Source: Eledone cirrhosa (lineage: Eukaryota). From it: 64,000 nucleotides of DNA. The position numbers and the translations under genes were made by a program. Below are positions 27,032-39,701 of this stretch, one piece after another (positions within the stretch are counted from its first letter, which is position 1; each line of letters begins with the position of its first letter). The notes beneath the pieces were generated by a model. That model saw only the letters and a list, made by a program, of their open reading frames with translations, did not search any database and was not told the origin of the DNA. The stretch spans positions 34,844,001-34,908,000 of the forward strand of contig OZ024741.1 in assembly GCA_964016885.1 (NCBI GenBank), in the 5' to 3' direction.

Positions 27032-29868
27032 TCATCATCATCATCATCACCGTTTTACGTCCGTTCTTCCATGCTAGCATGGGTTAGACGGGTTGTCCTG
27101 TTGTGGGCAGTGTCTGGTCGGCTGACCATGCCTTGCTCATACAGGGACTGATTTTGGCTTGATTTCTACAGCTGGATGCCCTTCCTAACACCAACCTCAT
27201 TTACAGTGAGTGCTGGGTGCTTTTTCCGTGGCGCCTACACGTCCACTTTACAGTGTGGGCTGGGTGCTTTTTTGCTGTGGCACCTCCATGACCACCTTGC
27301 AGTGGGGGGGGGGCATATTGTTTATATGCTTCAGCTTGTACCCATGGGAGGTCAGGTACTCTGTATTACTGCGTGACGCCAGAGGTCACGGTCGTGTGTC
27401 ATCGCCTTTGAGAGGTGTAATTGGGTAAGGTCGGCTTTTATCACCTCATCCCAGGTCTTCTTGGGTCTCCCCACTCCGCGGCTCCCATTGACTTCTAGTG
27501 CTCTGTACCTTTTTATGCAGCTGTCATCCTTCATACGCATCACATGTCCATACCAACGCAACCGCCTCTCCTGCACACAGCATTTGATTCCTCTTATGCT
27601 CAGTCTCTCTCTCAATTCATTTATACTTTGTCGTTCGCGTATATTACTATTACACATCCATCAGAGCATACAGGCTTCGTTTCTTTCTAATCTACGTAAG
27701 TCTTCCACCTTCAGCGCCCAAGTCTCACTACCATGTAACATTGCTGTTCGGATACACGCATCATACAGTTTGCCTTTCATTTTGAGGGAGAAGCCTTTTG
27801 CAGCTAGCAGTGGCAGTAGTTCCCTGAACTTCTTCCATCCCGTTCTTACCCTAGTTATTGTACTTTCTGAACACCCACCTCCGCTGCTAATTCGGTCACC
27901 TAGGTAGCAGAAGCTGTCTACTGTTTCTACAGAGCCCTCCCAGAGATTGGTGGTACTTGTTTCCTGTGGCTGTTTGCTGCTTGCTGTCCCAGCACAGCTG
28001 CTGCATGTGAAGCCTACATTCTTAATTAAGCTTCCTGAGATCCCGCTACATCTCTTGCGTACCCATTGTTTGCAATTGGGGCAGAGAATGGAGTTCCTAC
28101 CTATACCTTTCCTACATACTGAGCAAGGCCATTTCCCTGAGGGGATTAGGGTTCTGTTTTCTCGTCTACTTACAAGGACCTTAGTCTTTGTCATGTTGAC
28201 TTTGAGACCCTTTCTTTCTAGTCCCTGCTTCCAAGTTTGAATTTCTTCTCTAGTTCTACCATAGATTCAGCTATAATTGCGAGGTCATCAGCATACAGGA
28301 GTTCCCATGGGCATCCGGTCTTAAACTCCTCCGTTATTGCCTGCAGGACTATGATGAACAGGAGAGGGCTAAGAACAGAGCCCTGGTGAACCTCAACCTG
28401 TACGCTAAATTCCTCGCTATACTCATTGCTAATCCTAACTTTGCTGACTGCTCCCCTATACATGGCTTGTACTGCTTTCTCAAGCCATTCATCTACTCCT
28501 AGTTTTCTAAGAACCCACCAGATTACAGCACGTGGAACTCTGTCAAAGGCTTTCTCGAGATCGACGAATGCCAGGTAGAGTGGCTTACTTTTAGCTAGGT
28601 ACTTTTCCTGTAACTGCCTCACAAGGAAGAGGGCATCAGTGGTGCCTCTTCCTGGTACAAACCCAAATTGCATCTCATCTAGTTTCGCCCGGTCCCTAAT
28701 CAACTGTGCTATAACTCTTTCTGTTACTTTCATGACCTGGTCCATCAGCTTTATACCTCTATAGTTTCTTCTATCTAGTGCATCACCTTTACCTTTGTAG
28801 CAGTTGACAATGATGCTACTGCACCAATCTTTTGGTATGACACCTTCTAGTATTACCTGGTTAACAATACGTGTGATTATAGTGTGACCTACAGACCCAG
28901 ATGCTGACTTGTACTGCTGGCCCCTCTATAGGGTCTACTTGGGGTAGGGTCTCTTCTTCCCATGCATTCTCCTCATTTAGTAATCTATCATAATGGCTCT
29001 TCCATGCATCTTTCTTCTCAGCACTTCTGAGGGCAAGCTCACCTTTATCATTCCGGATACACTTCTCTCCGACACACTGCCTCGCAATCTTGAACACCTC
29101 CTGTTTCTGGTCCTCATGTTGCAAAACATGCTTGAATTTTCTATCCTCTGCTTCCCTCCTAGCTAAGTATATTTGTCGCCTAGCTTCCCTCTTGGTCTCT
29201 ATGTAATGTACTCTGCTCCCCCCATTCTTCCATTCTTTCCATGCCTGTCTCTTGGCCTTAACTGCCTCATCTACCTTATTGTTCCACCACCAGGTCACTC
29301 TCCTCCTGCTTGTGGTCTTACTCCAGCCACAGACCTCATCCGTCGCCTCTAGTAAGTTATTTTTTAGGAACTCCCAGTGCTCTTCTACATTGAATGTCTC
29401 TATCTGTTCTTCTTTACTGTTGTAGGCGGTGAGTAAAATATCTTTAAATCTGTTACTGGCTGAGGGGTCTTTCAGCTTCCAGATCTTTCTTCTCCATGTT
29501 GGCCTCTGTTTCCAGGTTCGTCTAGTTCTGACCATGAGGTCGCTGACAACTAAGCTATGTTGGGAGGTACATTCCTCACTAGGGTAGGCTTTTGTGTTTA
29601 CGACCGTCCATCTGACACGTCCTCTGATGAGGATAAAATCTATCTGACTAGAATGCTCCCCTGATCTATAGGTGATCAGGTGGTTGTCGGGTTTTTTGAA
29701 GTTTGTGTTACATATCGACATGTCATTGGCGTCGCAGAATTCTAGAAGTCTAAATCCTTCTTCATTTCTTGTGCCAACCTCGTGGCCTCCATGGACTCTA
29801 TTAAAGCCGTCACAGTGTTTACCTACATGTCCGTTAAAATCTCCTGCGATGATTAGGAAGTGTGTCAT
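27032..29868 (-). mobile_element. RTE LINE (subfamily A), APE C-terminus + RT + 3'UTR, disrupted
   Basis: ORFs 28861-29892 (GDFNGHVG, QIDFIL, SQHSLV), 28218-28745 ([17 protein letters not shown]), 27661-28194 and 27352-27657; (GAT)n tail. Lies in the last ADAMTS intron. Confidence 0.95.
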
Positions 29869-29883
29869 TTGTATATACATGCT

Positions 29884-30275
29884 GAGGCACATGGCTTAGT
29901 GGTTAGAACATTGGCCTTGCAATCGAAAGGTTGTGATTTCAATTCTCAGACCGCGTGATGTGTTGTTTCCTTGAGCAAGACACTTTATTTCACATTGCTC
30001 CAGTTTACTCAGCTGTAGAAATGAGATGATAGGGACTGGGGTTCATATCATTCCACTGTAGAGTGGTCATGGGGGAGCCACGGCAAAAAAGCACCCAGCC
30101 CATACTGTAAAGTGGACGTGTATGTGCCACGGAAAAAAAGCACCCAGCACTCACTGTAAATGAGGTGGGTGTTAGGAAGGGCATCCAGCTGTAGAAACCA
30201 AGCCAGAATCAGTTTCCGTCCCACCCTTGTAAGCAGGGAAAAGCGGACGTAAAATGAAATGATGATGATGATGAT
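29884..30275 (+). mobile_element. tRNA-derived SINE with V/Meta-like core and RTE tail
   Basis: Near-identical to 15213-15553, with one extra ~48-bp unit. Confidence 0.85.
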
Positions 30276-30655
30276 GCTGAATATCTATGTAATTATATCC
30301 TAGAAATAAATTATTCAAATATCATCTTTATCATCAATCATTTCCATATCTCAGTAATCAACATGAACTATAAATTTATCAAAAACACTAATTTTTCCAA
30401 TTTGTATGACTGTCATATTCAGTAATCCTAGTTATATATGGTATATCAATCACGGACTCCAAAAATATATTCAATGCTATTTCTGTCTTTATTGATATCA
30501 CTCATTAATAGAACTGAAATTTAATACAATGAATACACGTGCATTTGATTAGTTCTATGACCATCATCTTACAAAACAAATACAAAATCAAAATATTTTA
30601 ATAAAAATTAAGTAAAATTCAGTAAAATATCCCAAATAAGTTGAGCTTTACCAAC

Positions 30656-30818
30656 CTTCAGTACCCTCTTTACTTTCTTCTATATGTGGACATGGAGTAT
30701 TACATTCCTGAACAGAAGGAGGTTTTCTACGACGAGCGCACTTGTTACTAGGACTGCCTGTTGAAGTTCTGCATTTCACAGTTCGATGTCTCTTTCCTGG
30801 ACCACATGAAACTGAACA
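30656..30818 (-). CDS. ADAMTS6: ADAMTS6/10-like exon (last TSP1 repeat)
   Basis: Acceptor ccattttag|TGT and donor GAAG|gttggt; 163 bp, phase 0/1, matching the next exon. CSVSCGPGKRHRTVKCRTSTGSPSNKCARRRKPPSVQECNTPCPHIEESKEGTE. Confidence 0.9.
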
Positions 30819-30902
30819 CTAAAATGGAGTTCAAGCAATTTTTTTCATAAACATATGGTATTATTCTGGTAAAAATTAGCCTTTGTTTATTAGATATTTT
30901 AA

Positions 30903-32362
30903 CCCTTTAGCATTTACATTACTCTATCTATACATATATATAAAACTGTAGTTGTCTGTGTGTGTCCTCAATTTTTGCAAAGTCTATACAAATCCACATT
31001 TCTACTCCGATTGACTTCAAACTTGCATTTATATATTCCTTTCGGTCTAAAGATATTAACTGCAGCTTTCATTTTTCAATTTTCTGTTGTTAAAGAGGTG
31101 TTAGGCGCCGGTTATCGATCTCCGTCGCGCCCTTATAATATATGTCTGTATGCTTGGCTGTCTGCATTACAACATTATGACAAACATTGATGATGTATTA
31201 TGTTCGTTATTTTCCGTTCATTGCCAGGGAACGTCTTCACGAACCAAAGTATTATCTTCCTGTTTTCCTTCGGTTGCAACGTTTTTTGAAATATTTACTT
31301 CTGCGTTCACAGATTGATTTTTTTAGTTTCAGAAGATTCCGTTAAGGGTGAAAGCAGTGATTCTTTGCTTAAACTTTAATCTGTTATTTTAATATATAAT
31401 ATAAGCGAGGCAAGCCAACCCAGTTGCCACTTCTTGCCAATTAACATTAACCCTTTGTGCACCATTCATCAACTGTAGACTAACAAATACCAACTAAACG
31501 GAGCATTGACAAGAACGATGGCGAATGAATCTTCAAGGTAAGCAGTTTCCCCCCGAGCTGTTAGTTCATGCGAGATTCTCTGCTACACCTTTTTGTAATA
31601 ATTGTTTCTACTTTTGGCACAAGGCCAGCAAATACCCAGTATATTACTGGTACTTTATTGTATCGACCCCTAATAATACTGAACAACGTACTGCTGGTTA
31701 CTCCTTCCTCCAAAAGCCGTACAAAGCGGACATGTGCATCGGGCAGATGGATTGGGTGCAAATCTACACCAGGCCTATGTGAGAAATTCACAAGGGACTG
31801 CATCGAGAGGGATAGAGAGAAAGAGTTACTTAGTGACAAGAGTGCGAATGAACTTTTGAGGTAAGTAGCCTACGCCTTACTGCTATTGCACTGGAACCTT
31901 CTGCCAACTTAACCTGTGACTTTCTCTTTCACATTTACTCCAAAAGGCCAAAACAGAGGAGTATGAAAAGAAGTGGCTCAACAATATTTCTATGAACAAT
32001 GCATGTAGACAACTAAACTGTACTTTCAACTTCTTAATTTTCTCCAAATAAAACAAGTTTCCTGTCGGTATATTTTCGTGAGTTTTTAACAGGCACTCAC
32101 AAATAAACGTTTCTCATTGGAGGTGGTTTTACCAATGTTCTTAGCCGTGCAACACCGGGATACACTGCTAGTATTTACTATAGTATTTTCACAATAAACA
32201 CTTTATCTCACATAATTATTTCACATAATATTGAATCTACGAGATTTTGATATTATTTATTTTGAGAACAATACCTTAATATGAGCAGCCAATTACAGCC
32301 GGTTTGAACAGAAAGAAGTTAGAGAGATCTGGTCGGATATGGCTGGTTTAAATGCTAAAGGG
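30903..32362. mobile_element. piggyBac-like MITE interrupted by a Helitron
   Basis: TTAA|ccctttagcatt ... aatgctaaaggg|TTAA; the MITE sequence resumes exactly after 32171. Confidence 0.8.
30927..32171 (+). mobile_element. non-autonomous Helitron (1245 bp)
   Basis: 5' TC, 3' CTAG preceded by the hairpin ccgtgcaacaccgg. Inserted between A and T with no TSD; the uninterrupted MITE at 24901 reads actcta|tatttactat. Confidence 0.85.
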
Positions 32363-33689
32363 TTAAACATGTTTTGTTGACTGGTCAAAACTGTTGACAC
32401 CTCTCACTTGCAATGCATTTTTATATATTCTGACAGAAATGTTTTTAGCTAACATAATCATAGAAGACTTGGTGAAAATCAAATTTATTTGCCAGAAAAG
32501 GACAATAAATTCAAAGACAATCATCAATAACATGGCCTCATTGATAATAATAAAGAGATTTTCTTTATATAAAATACCTCATTTCAATAATATTTACAAT
32601 GCATACAAAATATTTTTAAAATGTCATGTTATTGGTAGGTATCTATTTGGAAACTTCATGTTAAATAATGAAAATTACTGGGTACAGTACTTAGGTGCAC
32701 AACATATGTTGAGTGAATCCAGTTCAGAATAGCTACACTATATCCCTGTGTGTTGTAAGAGGTGACTGAAAGGGTTGGCACCAGAAAGGGCAATGAGAAA
32801 CTTTCATCCTTTCTGCAATAACTCTTATTAATGGAGATAAAGTTGCTCACTTCATGCTCCATCACTCCTCCCTTCTCAATTTAAAAATTAATCTATGTTA
32901 AAATATAGCAATGAGAAAAAGAAAATGAAGACAATCATATCTATGACTAGATGTCCTTCATGGCGCCAACCCTTTTAGTCACCTCTTACAACACACAGGG
33001 ATATAGGTGTATCTATTCTAAACTGGGTACACACAACATGGAATTTCCAAATAAATACCTACCATATATTTTTAAGACACGTTATGCTTATTATGTTTGA
33101 GATTCATTAAATTTGATAAAAACTTTGATGTCTGAAAACCAATTGTTAATAATTCAAAAATGGTAGAATGGAGTGTCCTCCCTTGGAAAAAAATTGCTAT
33201 AACCAAGGATATATTTTTTGATTTGTAGAAATAGTCTTGATTGGTTTAATGTTTTGAAGTGTTTGCTTTTAAACTGAACAAAACAATTTCATTCTCAGTA
33301 ACTGTTTTTCAAATTAACAAGCTGTGATATTATTATTTCCTAACAGGAAACTCTGTCTTAGTATTTTAACTTTTTTATTTTCACACTAGAATAGTTTCAA
33401 TGGATTTAGAAATCCAGAAATTGACACACAAATATTGGGAACAATGCTTATATATCAGTATTCTTTTCGAAATACTAATCAATCAACTACATATTTGAAA
33501 GAGTGCCAAAGTAAGAAATGGTCACTGACTCATCAAAAGGAGCAGTAACTTTAAATATCCAAACTATGCCTCACAGAAAACAGATGTAAAATGATGATGG
33601 TGTTTACTGAAGCAAATTGAGGAAAATTTAGTGTATACAACCAAGGTAGATTAGCAGAATTATTAACTTTCGGGAGATGACAGGGCCGA

Positions 33690-33790
33690 TTTATCAGCTC
33701 AATAATACAAGCCTTGAGATTAACTGGCTGGTCGTTGTACCAGCCAGTCAGATTGCTTCTTGCACATCTGGACCTTCCAATGGCGGCTTC
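33690..33790 (-). mobile_element. possible mariner transposase C-terminal remnant
   Basis: Frameshifted DVQEAI/WLVQRPAS/..I.ELINR resembles the mariner C-terminus (V..WL..QP..F...GI..L..RW). Confidence 0.35.
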
Positions 33791-34149
33791 CATGATAGTT
33801 TGTTGTGTTCTGTGATTTATTTATCATGCACTTTATTTTTTATAGTTTTTTTTTTAAACAAGTGCATGCCTTCTGTAGAACTTGTGAAAAGGGCTCCGTC
33901 TCCAAAGAGTTAAAGCATTGGATAAAATGTTTCATGGTTTTTAATTACTGTTTTTATGTTCTAGGTTCAAATCCTTCCAAGTTGATAAAATAAAGTACCA
34001 GTCAAGTAGCAGGGTTAATTTAATTAATTCATAATAAAGATAAAATGTTTAAAAATATTAAAAAAACAAAAATAAAAAAAAACATTAAAAAACTGCTTAA
34101 TTAAAGTGCATAGTAAGAGAAATTTGACAGAAAAATTCTTCTAACATAC

Positions 34150-34329
34150 CAAACTCCAAGGTCCACGGTCCCAGTGTGCCTGCTCACAGTTATTGATCTC
34201 ACACCAAGCTTGGCTTGGTGGTCGAGTTTCTGTATCACACATACTTTCATCAAGATTCCTACGGCTACTGCTAGAAACACATCGTACCTCCCTTGTTTTC
34301 AATCGATTCCGACCACATTTGGGCACACA
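34150..34329 (-). CDS. ADAMTS6: ADAMTS6/10-like exon (TSP1 repeat)
   Basis: Acceptor ttttcacag|TGT and donor TTG|gtatgt; 180 bp, phase 0/0. CVPKCGRNRLKTREVRCVSSSSRRNLDESMCDTETRPPSQAWCEINNCEQAHWDRGPWSL (within ORF 34141-34347). Confidence 0.92.
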
Positions 34330-35486
34330 CTGTGAAAATATAAACAAATTAATGCTGTATAGCAGTATCTAATTCCATACAATAGTTAAATAGCAGAGAC
34401 ACATGTTAACAAGGTGCTGGCACCTGGCCCGTTTGATGCTCTTTAGAGTGAGGGAAGGTATATAAGTGAGATATAGGCTCCTGATCTATCTGACCTTCTG
34501 TAGAGTAATGGAATGTATGTAAATGAGATGCAGTCTCCAGACCTATTTGACACTTTGTAGAGTGAGGAAACACATGTAAGTGAGATGCAAGCTCCTTGCT
34601 CCTCTAAGATGTCAGTCACCCTGCTTAAATACTGACCCAGTATGTGAAGACCCAGTTAACCCTTGCTAGAAGAAAGGACGGATTTTAAATGATAATGACA
34701 CTATAGGTTTAGCTGTGCGAACAGGAGAAGCAAAACTCAATACATGGATAGAGTGGTATATAATATATTTTATAGTAGCTGTGAAGCAATACTAGTGAGA
34801 ATAAGAGCATTTATCATGAAACCCCTATCCCTCAAGTCATCAATATAGCCTTGCAGTTTTAATAAAATAAATATGTGCTTTATATGATATACCACACAAT
34901 TCCATTTGTAGAGGAGGCATTTTGCTTTTTATGCATCAAATGAATTACAGCTTTGTTAGGGTTCAACATATTTACCTAAATGGTTTCCCCCTATATAAGA
35001 GACCTTTTTTGTTGATATTTTATTATCTATTGCTTTTGCTGACCTCACCCCCATTTTTACTCTTTTGTATTGGGTGATATCAAAACCACAAGATGTGACA
35101 TTTTTTTCTTAATCTGTTCTAGAATATGAATTATACAAACAGCAAAAATACTTGAAATATAGTTTTAAAAGAGTTATTTCCTGTTAATTTATTTTTTCAT
35201 GCTTGCATTGGTTGGACAAAGCCAGGAGCTTATCCTGGTTTCATGGGTGTTAAGTGACTGAGAATACAAGGATGCCAGTTTGTTGTTAAGTTAACTCCTA
35301 GATGTTGCTTGTTCTCATTTTCAGCTGAGTGACCTAGAGCAATGTAAAATGAATTGCCTTCCTCAAAGACACTACATGCCATCTAATCAAGGGATTGAAC
35401 TCACAACCTTATGAACCCGAGGCTAAACAACCACAACTTATTTAACAGCATAAAAAAAAAAAAAGATATAAAGATTATTAACTCAC

Positions 35487-35700
35487 CTCAGACCATTCCC
35501 AGGCCAGCCATACTGGTGGACAAACTTTGTGATTACAAGATTCTTGAGATTGTGGGGGCACCTGTGTGTTAGCACAGTCTTTATCTTCTAAAATCACGTG
35601 TTCATTATCATCAATAACCTGGACACATATCACTGACCGTTTCCTGATACCACCTGCACCACAGCTCTGACTGCATTCAGTCCAGTTCCCAGTTTGCCAG
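35487..35700 (-). CDS. ADAMTS6: ADAMTS6/10-like exon (TSP1 repeat)
   Basis: Acceptor ctttttctag|C and donor GAG|gtgagt; 214 bp, phase 2/0. WQTGNWTECSQSCGAGGIRKRSVICVQVIDDNEHVILEDKDCANTQVPPQSQESCNHKVCPPVWLAWEWSE contains the WxxxxWxxCSxSCGxG-RxRxVxC TSP1 signature. Confidence 0.93.
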
Positions 35701-37299
35701 CTAGAAAAAGAGTAAAGTTAAGTAAATAATACCTAACCAAAGTTCCAGTAGTCTGGTATAATCCACCAGGAATAGAAATATGAAACTGGGCTAGTAGAGA
35801 TAGAAAGGTTAGAAGCAGGAAATTCAATATTATTTGGTGTGATCTATAAAGCAGTTGATTTGGTTGATTCATTGGACATTTATTCCACATCTCTGCATTC
35901 TGAGTTCAATTCCTGTTGAGGTTCCCTTTGCCTTTTATCCTTTTGGGCTTGTTAAAGAAAATACCAGTCCAGGTCTGCTACAGCCTTCATTTCTTCCAGC
36001 AGTCACATTCTGAATGTTCCACTGGATCAAAGGAGGGAGAGTTGAGAGGGTGTCTGTGTCTGCTCATGACTGCATGGGCACCTAAAACCCTTAGAGAAAG
36101 TATGGTACATACTACAAAGTCATATGTGATTGTGAATGATGGCTGTAGTAGTAGTAGTAGTATTTGTTAAATGAAAATTAGACCATAACTGATTGGTTGG
36201 TTGAAAAGAAAGCATATTTATTTACATGATGAAACTGTCTATGGACACTGTATTTTGTTTATTTCTTGTTTTGTTTGGTGATTTTTAATATGTGCAATTT
36301 TCTATAGATACTACTTCTAAATATATTGAGAGAAGGTCTAATTATGAGAAGGAAAAGGGGGTTAGAAAAGTGATATTGTGATAGTGCCATTGCCCTAGTC
36401 ACTGGTAAAAAAGATAAGGGGCCACTTGCTCTGTGTCTACTGCTACAAATCTTAAAGTGTTTGTGTTGGGGATTTATAAGAATTTCATTTTTTCTATGAA
36501 AGCAAGATCACATGGCAGAATGTTCTAAAATGCACATGCCAAGATTAACCCTTTAGCATTTAAACTAGCCATATCCTCCTTCTGTTCAAACTGGTCATAA
36601 CTGGCTGCTCATATTGATATTAAGGTATTGTTCTCAAAATAAATAACATCAAAATCTTGTAGATTAATGTAAATGTTAAAGGGCCAAGAAAGGCAGTGAC
36701 ATATTTTTGATCGTGTTGAGAGGTTAAAAGCAGATTTGATTGGTTGATATACTCAGACCATGATATGTTTCAGCCAAAAATGAAATTTGTCATCATGACA
36801 AGCCCTTTCTAAACTAAAATATATTGAGTTCAAATCCTGATTGCTACAAATATTTAAGAACTTTGAATAAATATACATATATTTACAGCTAAACAAAGGT
36901 AGGAAACTGGGAGGAATATCAGTACAATTTTAGACAGATAAACCCATTTCTAATCTTATGTAAGGGCTGACACCTTCACTCACAAATGAGTGAAAGTAGC
37001 TCAAATATTGATACAGTTATCAACAGAAAACAAACATATGGAATGTAGTTCTGTTGTTGACATATCCATTGTAGTGCACCTGAGCACTGTACACAATAAT
37101 TTCATTATATGTTCATTATATATAATCATCATCATCTTTTATGCAGAGAAAAGCGAAATAAAATGATGATGATGATGATATCAGTAGAGGGCTGCACAAA
37201 GAATCTTGTGAAATTAGGTCACTATCCTTTATGTTCTGAGTTTAAATCCCATCATAGTTGACTTGGCCTTGCATTGATAAAATAAATATAAATATTCAC

Positions 37300-37660
37300 A
37301 GATTGGTGAAGACGCACAGAAAATTGAAGTAGAAGTTATTAAGAAACTGTTGTGAATGTTGATACATATGATCACCTTATCACCTTAAAGAAACACCATC
37401 AGAGAAAGTATCAGGCACCATTAGAAAAAGAAGACTTTATTTTGCTGGACACTACTGGAGAAATAAAGAGGAGTTGTTGAGTGACACCATACTTTGGACA
37501 CTCCACCATGGTTAAAAGTGCATTGGTTGCTTTGAAAAGACATACAGGTATCAGTTAAGACTTGACTGGATGTCACTAAGAACAACTGTCATATAGCATG
37601 GTAGATAGAAATGGGTGGAGAATCAGGGTCATGCAAATCCAAACAAGCTCAACTCAATGA
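37300..37660 (+). mobile_element. degenerate RTE-like LINE 3' fragment (second family)
   Basis: IRKRRLYFAGHYWRNKEE...ILW.LHHG-like translation. Confidence 0.5.
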
Positions 37661-38872
37661 TAATGAAAGACACAGTTCTGTAAATCTCAATATAGTCACT
37701 CACAAAATAGAATTGTAAGGCAAAGTTAAACTCCATTAATAAATAAATACATAAAAATTTGTTTGTTTTTTTCTTTTTCAAATAAGCCAAGAAGGAGCCC
37801 CTACGTTTGGGTTCCAAATAATAGGAGGAGTTGGAATAAGCAGGGGAGTGAAAACAATCGGTAATTTTTTCTAGGTTGTCTCTTGATTTTTTAAAAACCA
37901 GAATTAGTCATTTAGTTTACATATTGAGACCCCTACCCAGCCTGTTTATTTGATAACATATGGGATTTCTATTAATGTACTTTTTTGGTCATGTATAATG
38001 TTTTTTTAATGTCTAAAGCAAATTAGTTGTTGCAGGAATGCTACCACTTAAAATAAGATTTCGCCTGGGATAGATTAGTAAAATTTAATAAGCAGGAGGT
38101 TTGGAAAAAATCTGAAAAATTAATAAGTAGGGGAGACAATTATTCAAGACCCAACAGTCTGTAGTTGCTTAACCTGCAAGAAATAATAGCCAAAATTTCC
38201 TCAAATTACACCCTACCATCTCTAAAAAAGATATGATTTTTATGACAGATATTTCTAATCATAGGTTGCTCAGTCAGGGTTAACCTAGGGCTAATCAACA
38301 ACAAAACTGTATATTAATCCTTTTGACATCAAACTACCTCAAGCCATCCCTGATTTAATGATATTTGGCCACTTATTTTAAAGTGTTTATATTTATCTAA
38401 AAACCTTCCATTACAATTTCATGTAAGAACCTTTGTTAAGTTATGCTCCAAATACCAGTATAATAATGAGAAAGTTAGTTATATTACTAAATGCCTTCAA
38501 ATTCTTGATTATTTTCAAAATGATTTGTAAACTATAGGCAGTGTCTTTCATTAGCAATATAACAGCAAAAGTGTTGAACCAATGAATACCTGCTTGATAT
38601 ACTAGAAATGACAGCCAAATCTCTCTCTTAAAGAAATATACATTTGATAATGCAGTCCTAATTATATTAAACAATGATAGCTTATGAAAATAACAAAAAC
38701 AACAACATACAACAACGACAAGGATAATTATGGCTTATTTTATATCATAAGAGATACAGCTACAAAGATAACACTTATGATCATCATGATTATCATTATG
38801 ATATACATGATAGTAGTGCTGGCTAAAAAATGGAGGAGAAAGTGTAGTGAAAAAAGAGGTTAAGATATTTAC

Positions 38873-39002
38873 TGAGGTGGACATGGTAGTAGGTTGCACC
38901 ATTGGTTTAACTGTCCAGGCTTTGGTTGTGGAGAACACAACGCTTCATTTACATGTATGCCATTAGCTTCCATTCGACAATTTGGAGTAGCAACACTCTG
39001 AC
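38873..39002 (-). CDS. ADAMTS6: ADAMTS6/10-like exon (TSP1 repeat, C-terminal part)
   Basis: Acceptor aattttag|GT and donor CA|gtaaat; 130 bp, phase 1 in / 2 out. Translates (G)QSVATPNCRMEANGIHVNEALCSPQPKPGQLNQWCNLLPCPP(H). The symbol means closest to ADAMTS6/ADAMTS10; orthology is not tested. Confidence 0.88.
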
Positions 39003-39386
39003 CTAAAATTAATGGATATATGAATGAGTTTTAAGGTGGTGCCAAATATTTCAATCAAGCAGAACTATTTATTTATATTTTAGCTGGAAAGAATATCTTA
39101 GCTAAATCAAAAGAATATGAATGTGAATACAAGTGACTGAAATGAGGTTCCTCTGAAAAGTCTCAATAAGGAATCACAGGACAGATTTTATGGACAAAGC
39201 TAACTGGCAGAAAACTCAGAGGTAGACCATGAGCAAGATGGCTGTATAACATCCATAAGCTTGGTTAGTCTTGCTTGAGGATTCAGGTGGATAATTTGGA
39301 AATGTTTGCTTCCAATAAGACCTTTTGGAATGTGTCTGAGGACTCTGCGACCATTACTCTCTCTCAAGAATAAGTGGAAGTAAAAG

Positions 39387-39388
<2 letters not shown>

Positions 39389-39427
<39 letters not shown>

Positions 39428-39472
39428 CATACACATATATATACATACATACACATATATATATATACATAT

Positions 39473-39523
<51 letters not shown>

Positions 39524-39528
39524 CATAT

Positions 39529-39561
<33 letters not shown>

Positions 39562-39562
39562 C

Positions 39563-39595
<33 letters not shown>

Positions 39596-39648
39596 CATAC
39601 ATATAGATATATATATACAAACATATATACATACCTATATATACATAT

Positions 39649-39695
<47 letters not shown>

Positions 39696-39700
39696 CATAT
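39389..39700. repeat. (TA)n array with TACA interruptions
   Basis: Directly visible; source of spurious YI-repeat ORFs. Confidence 0.95.
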
Positions 39701-39701
39701 A

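Noticed and set aside
30651-30655. Alternative donor gtaaag for the last TSP1 exon
   Set aside because: It would give phase 2 and break the frame with the PLAC exon; gttggt gives the required phase 1.
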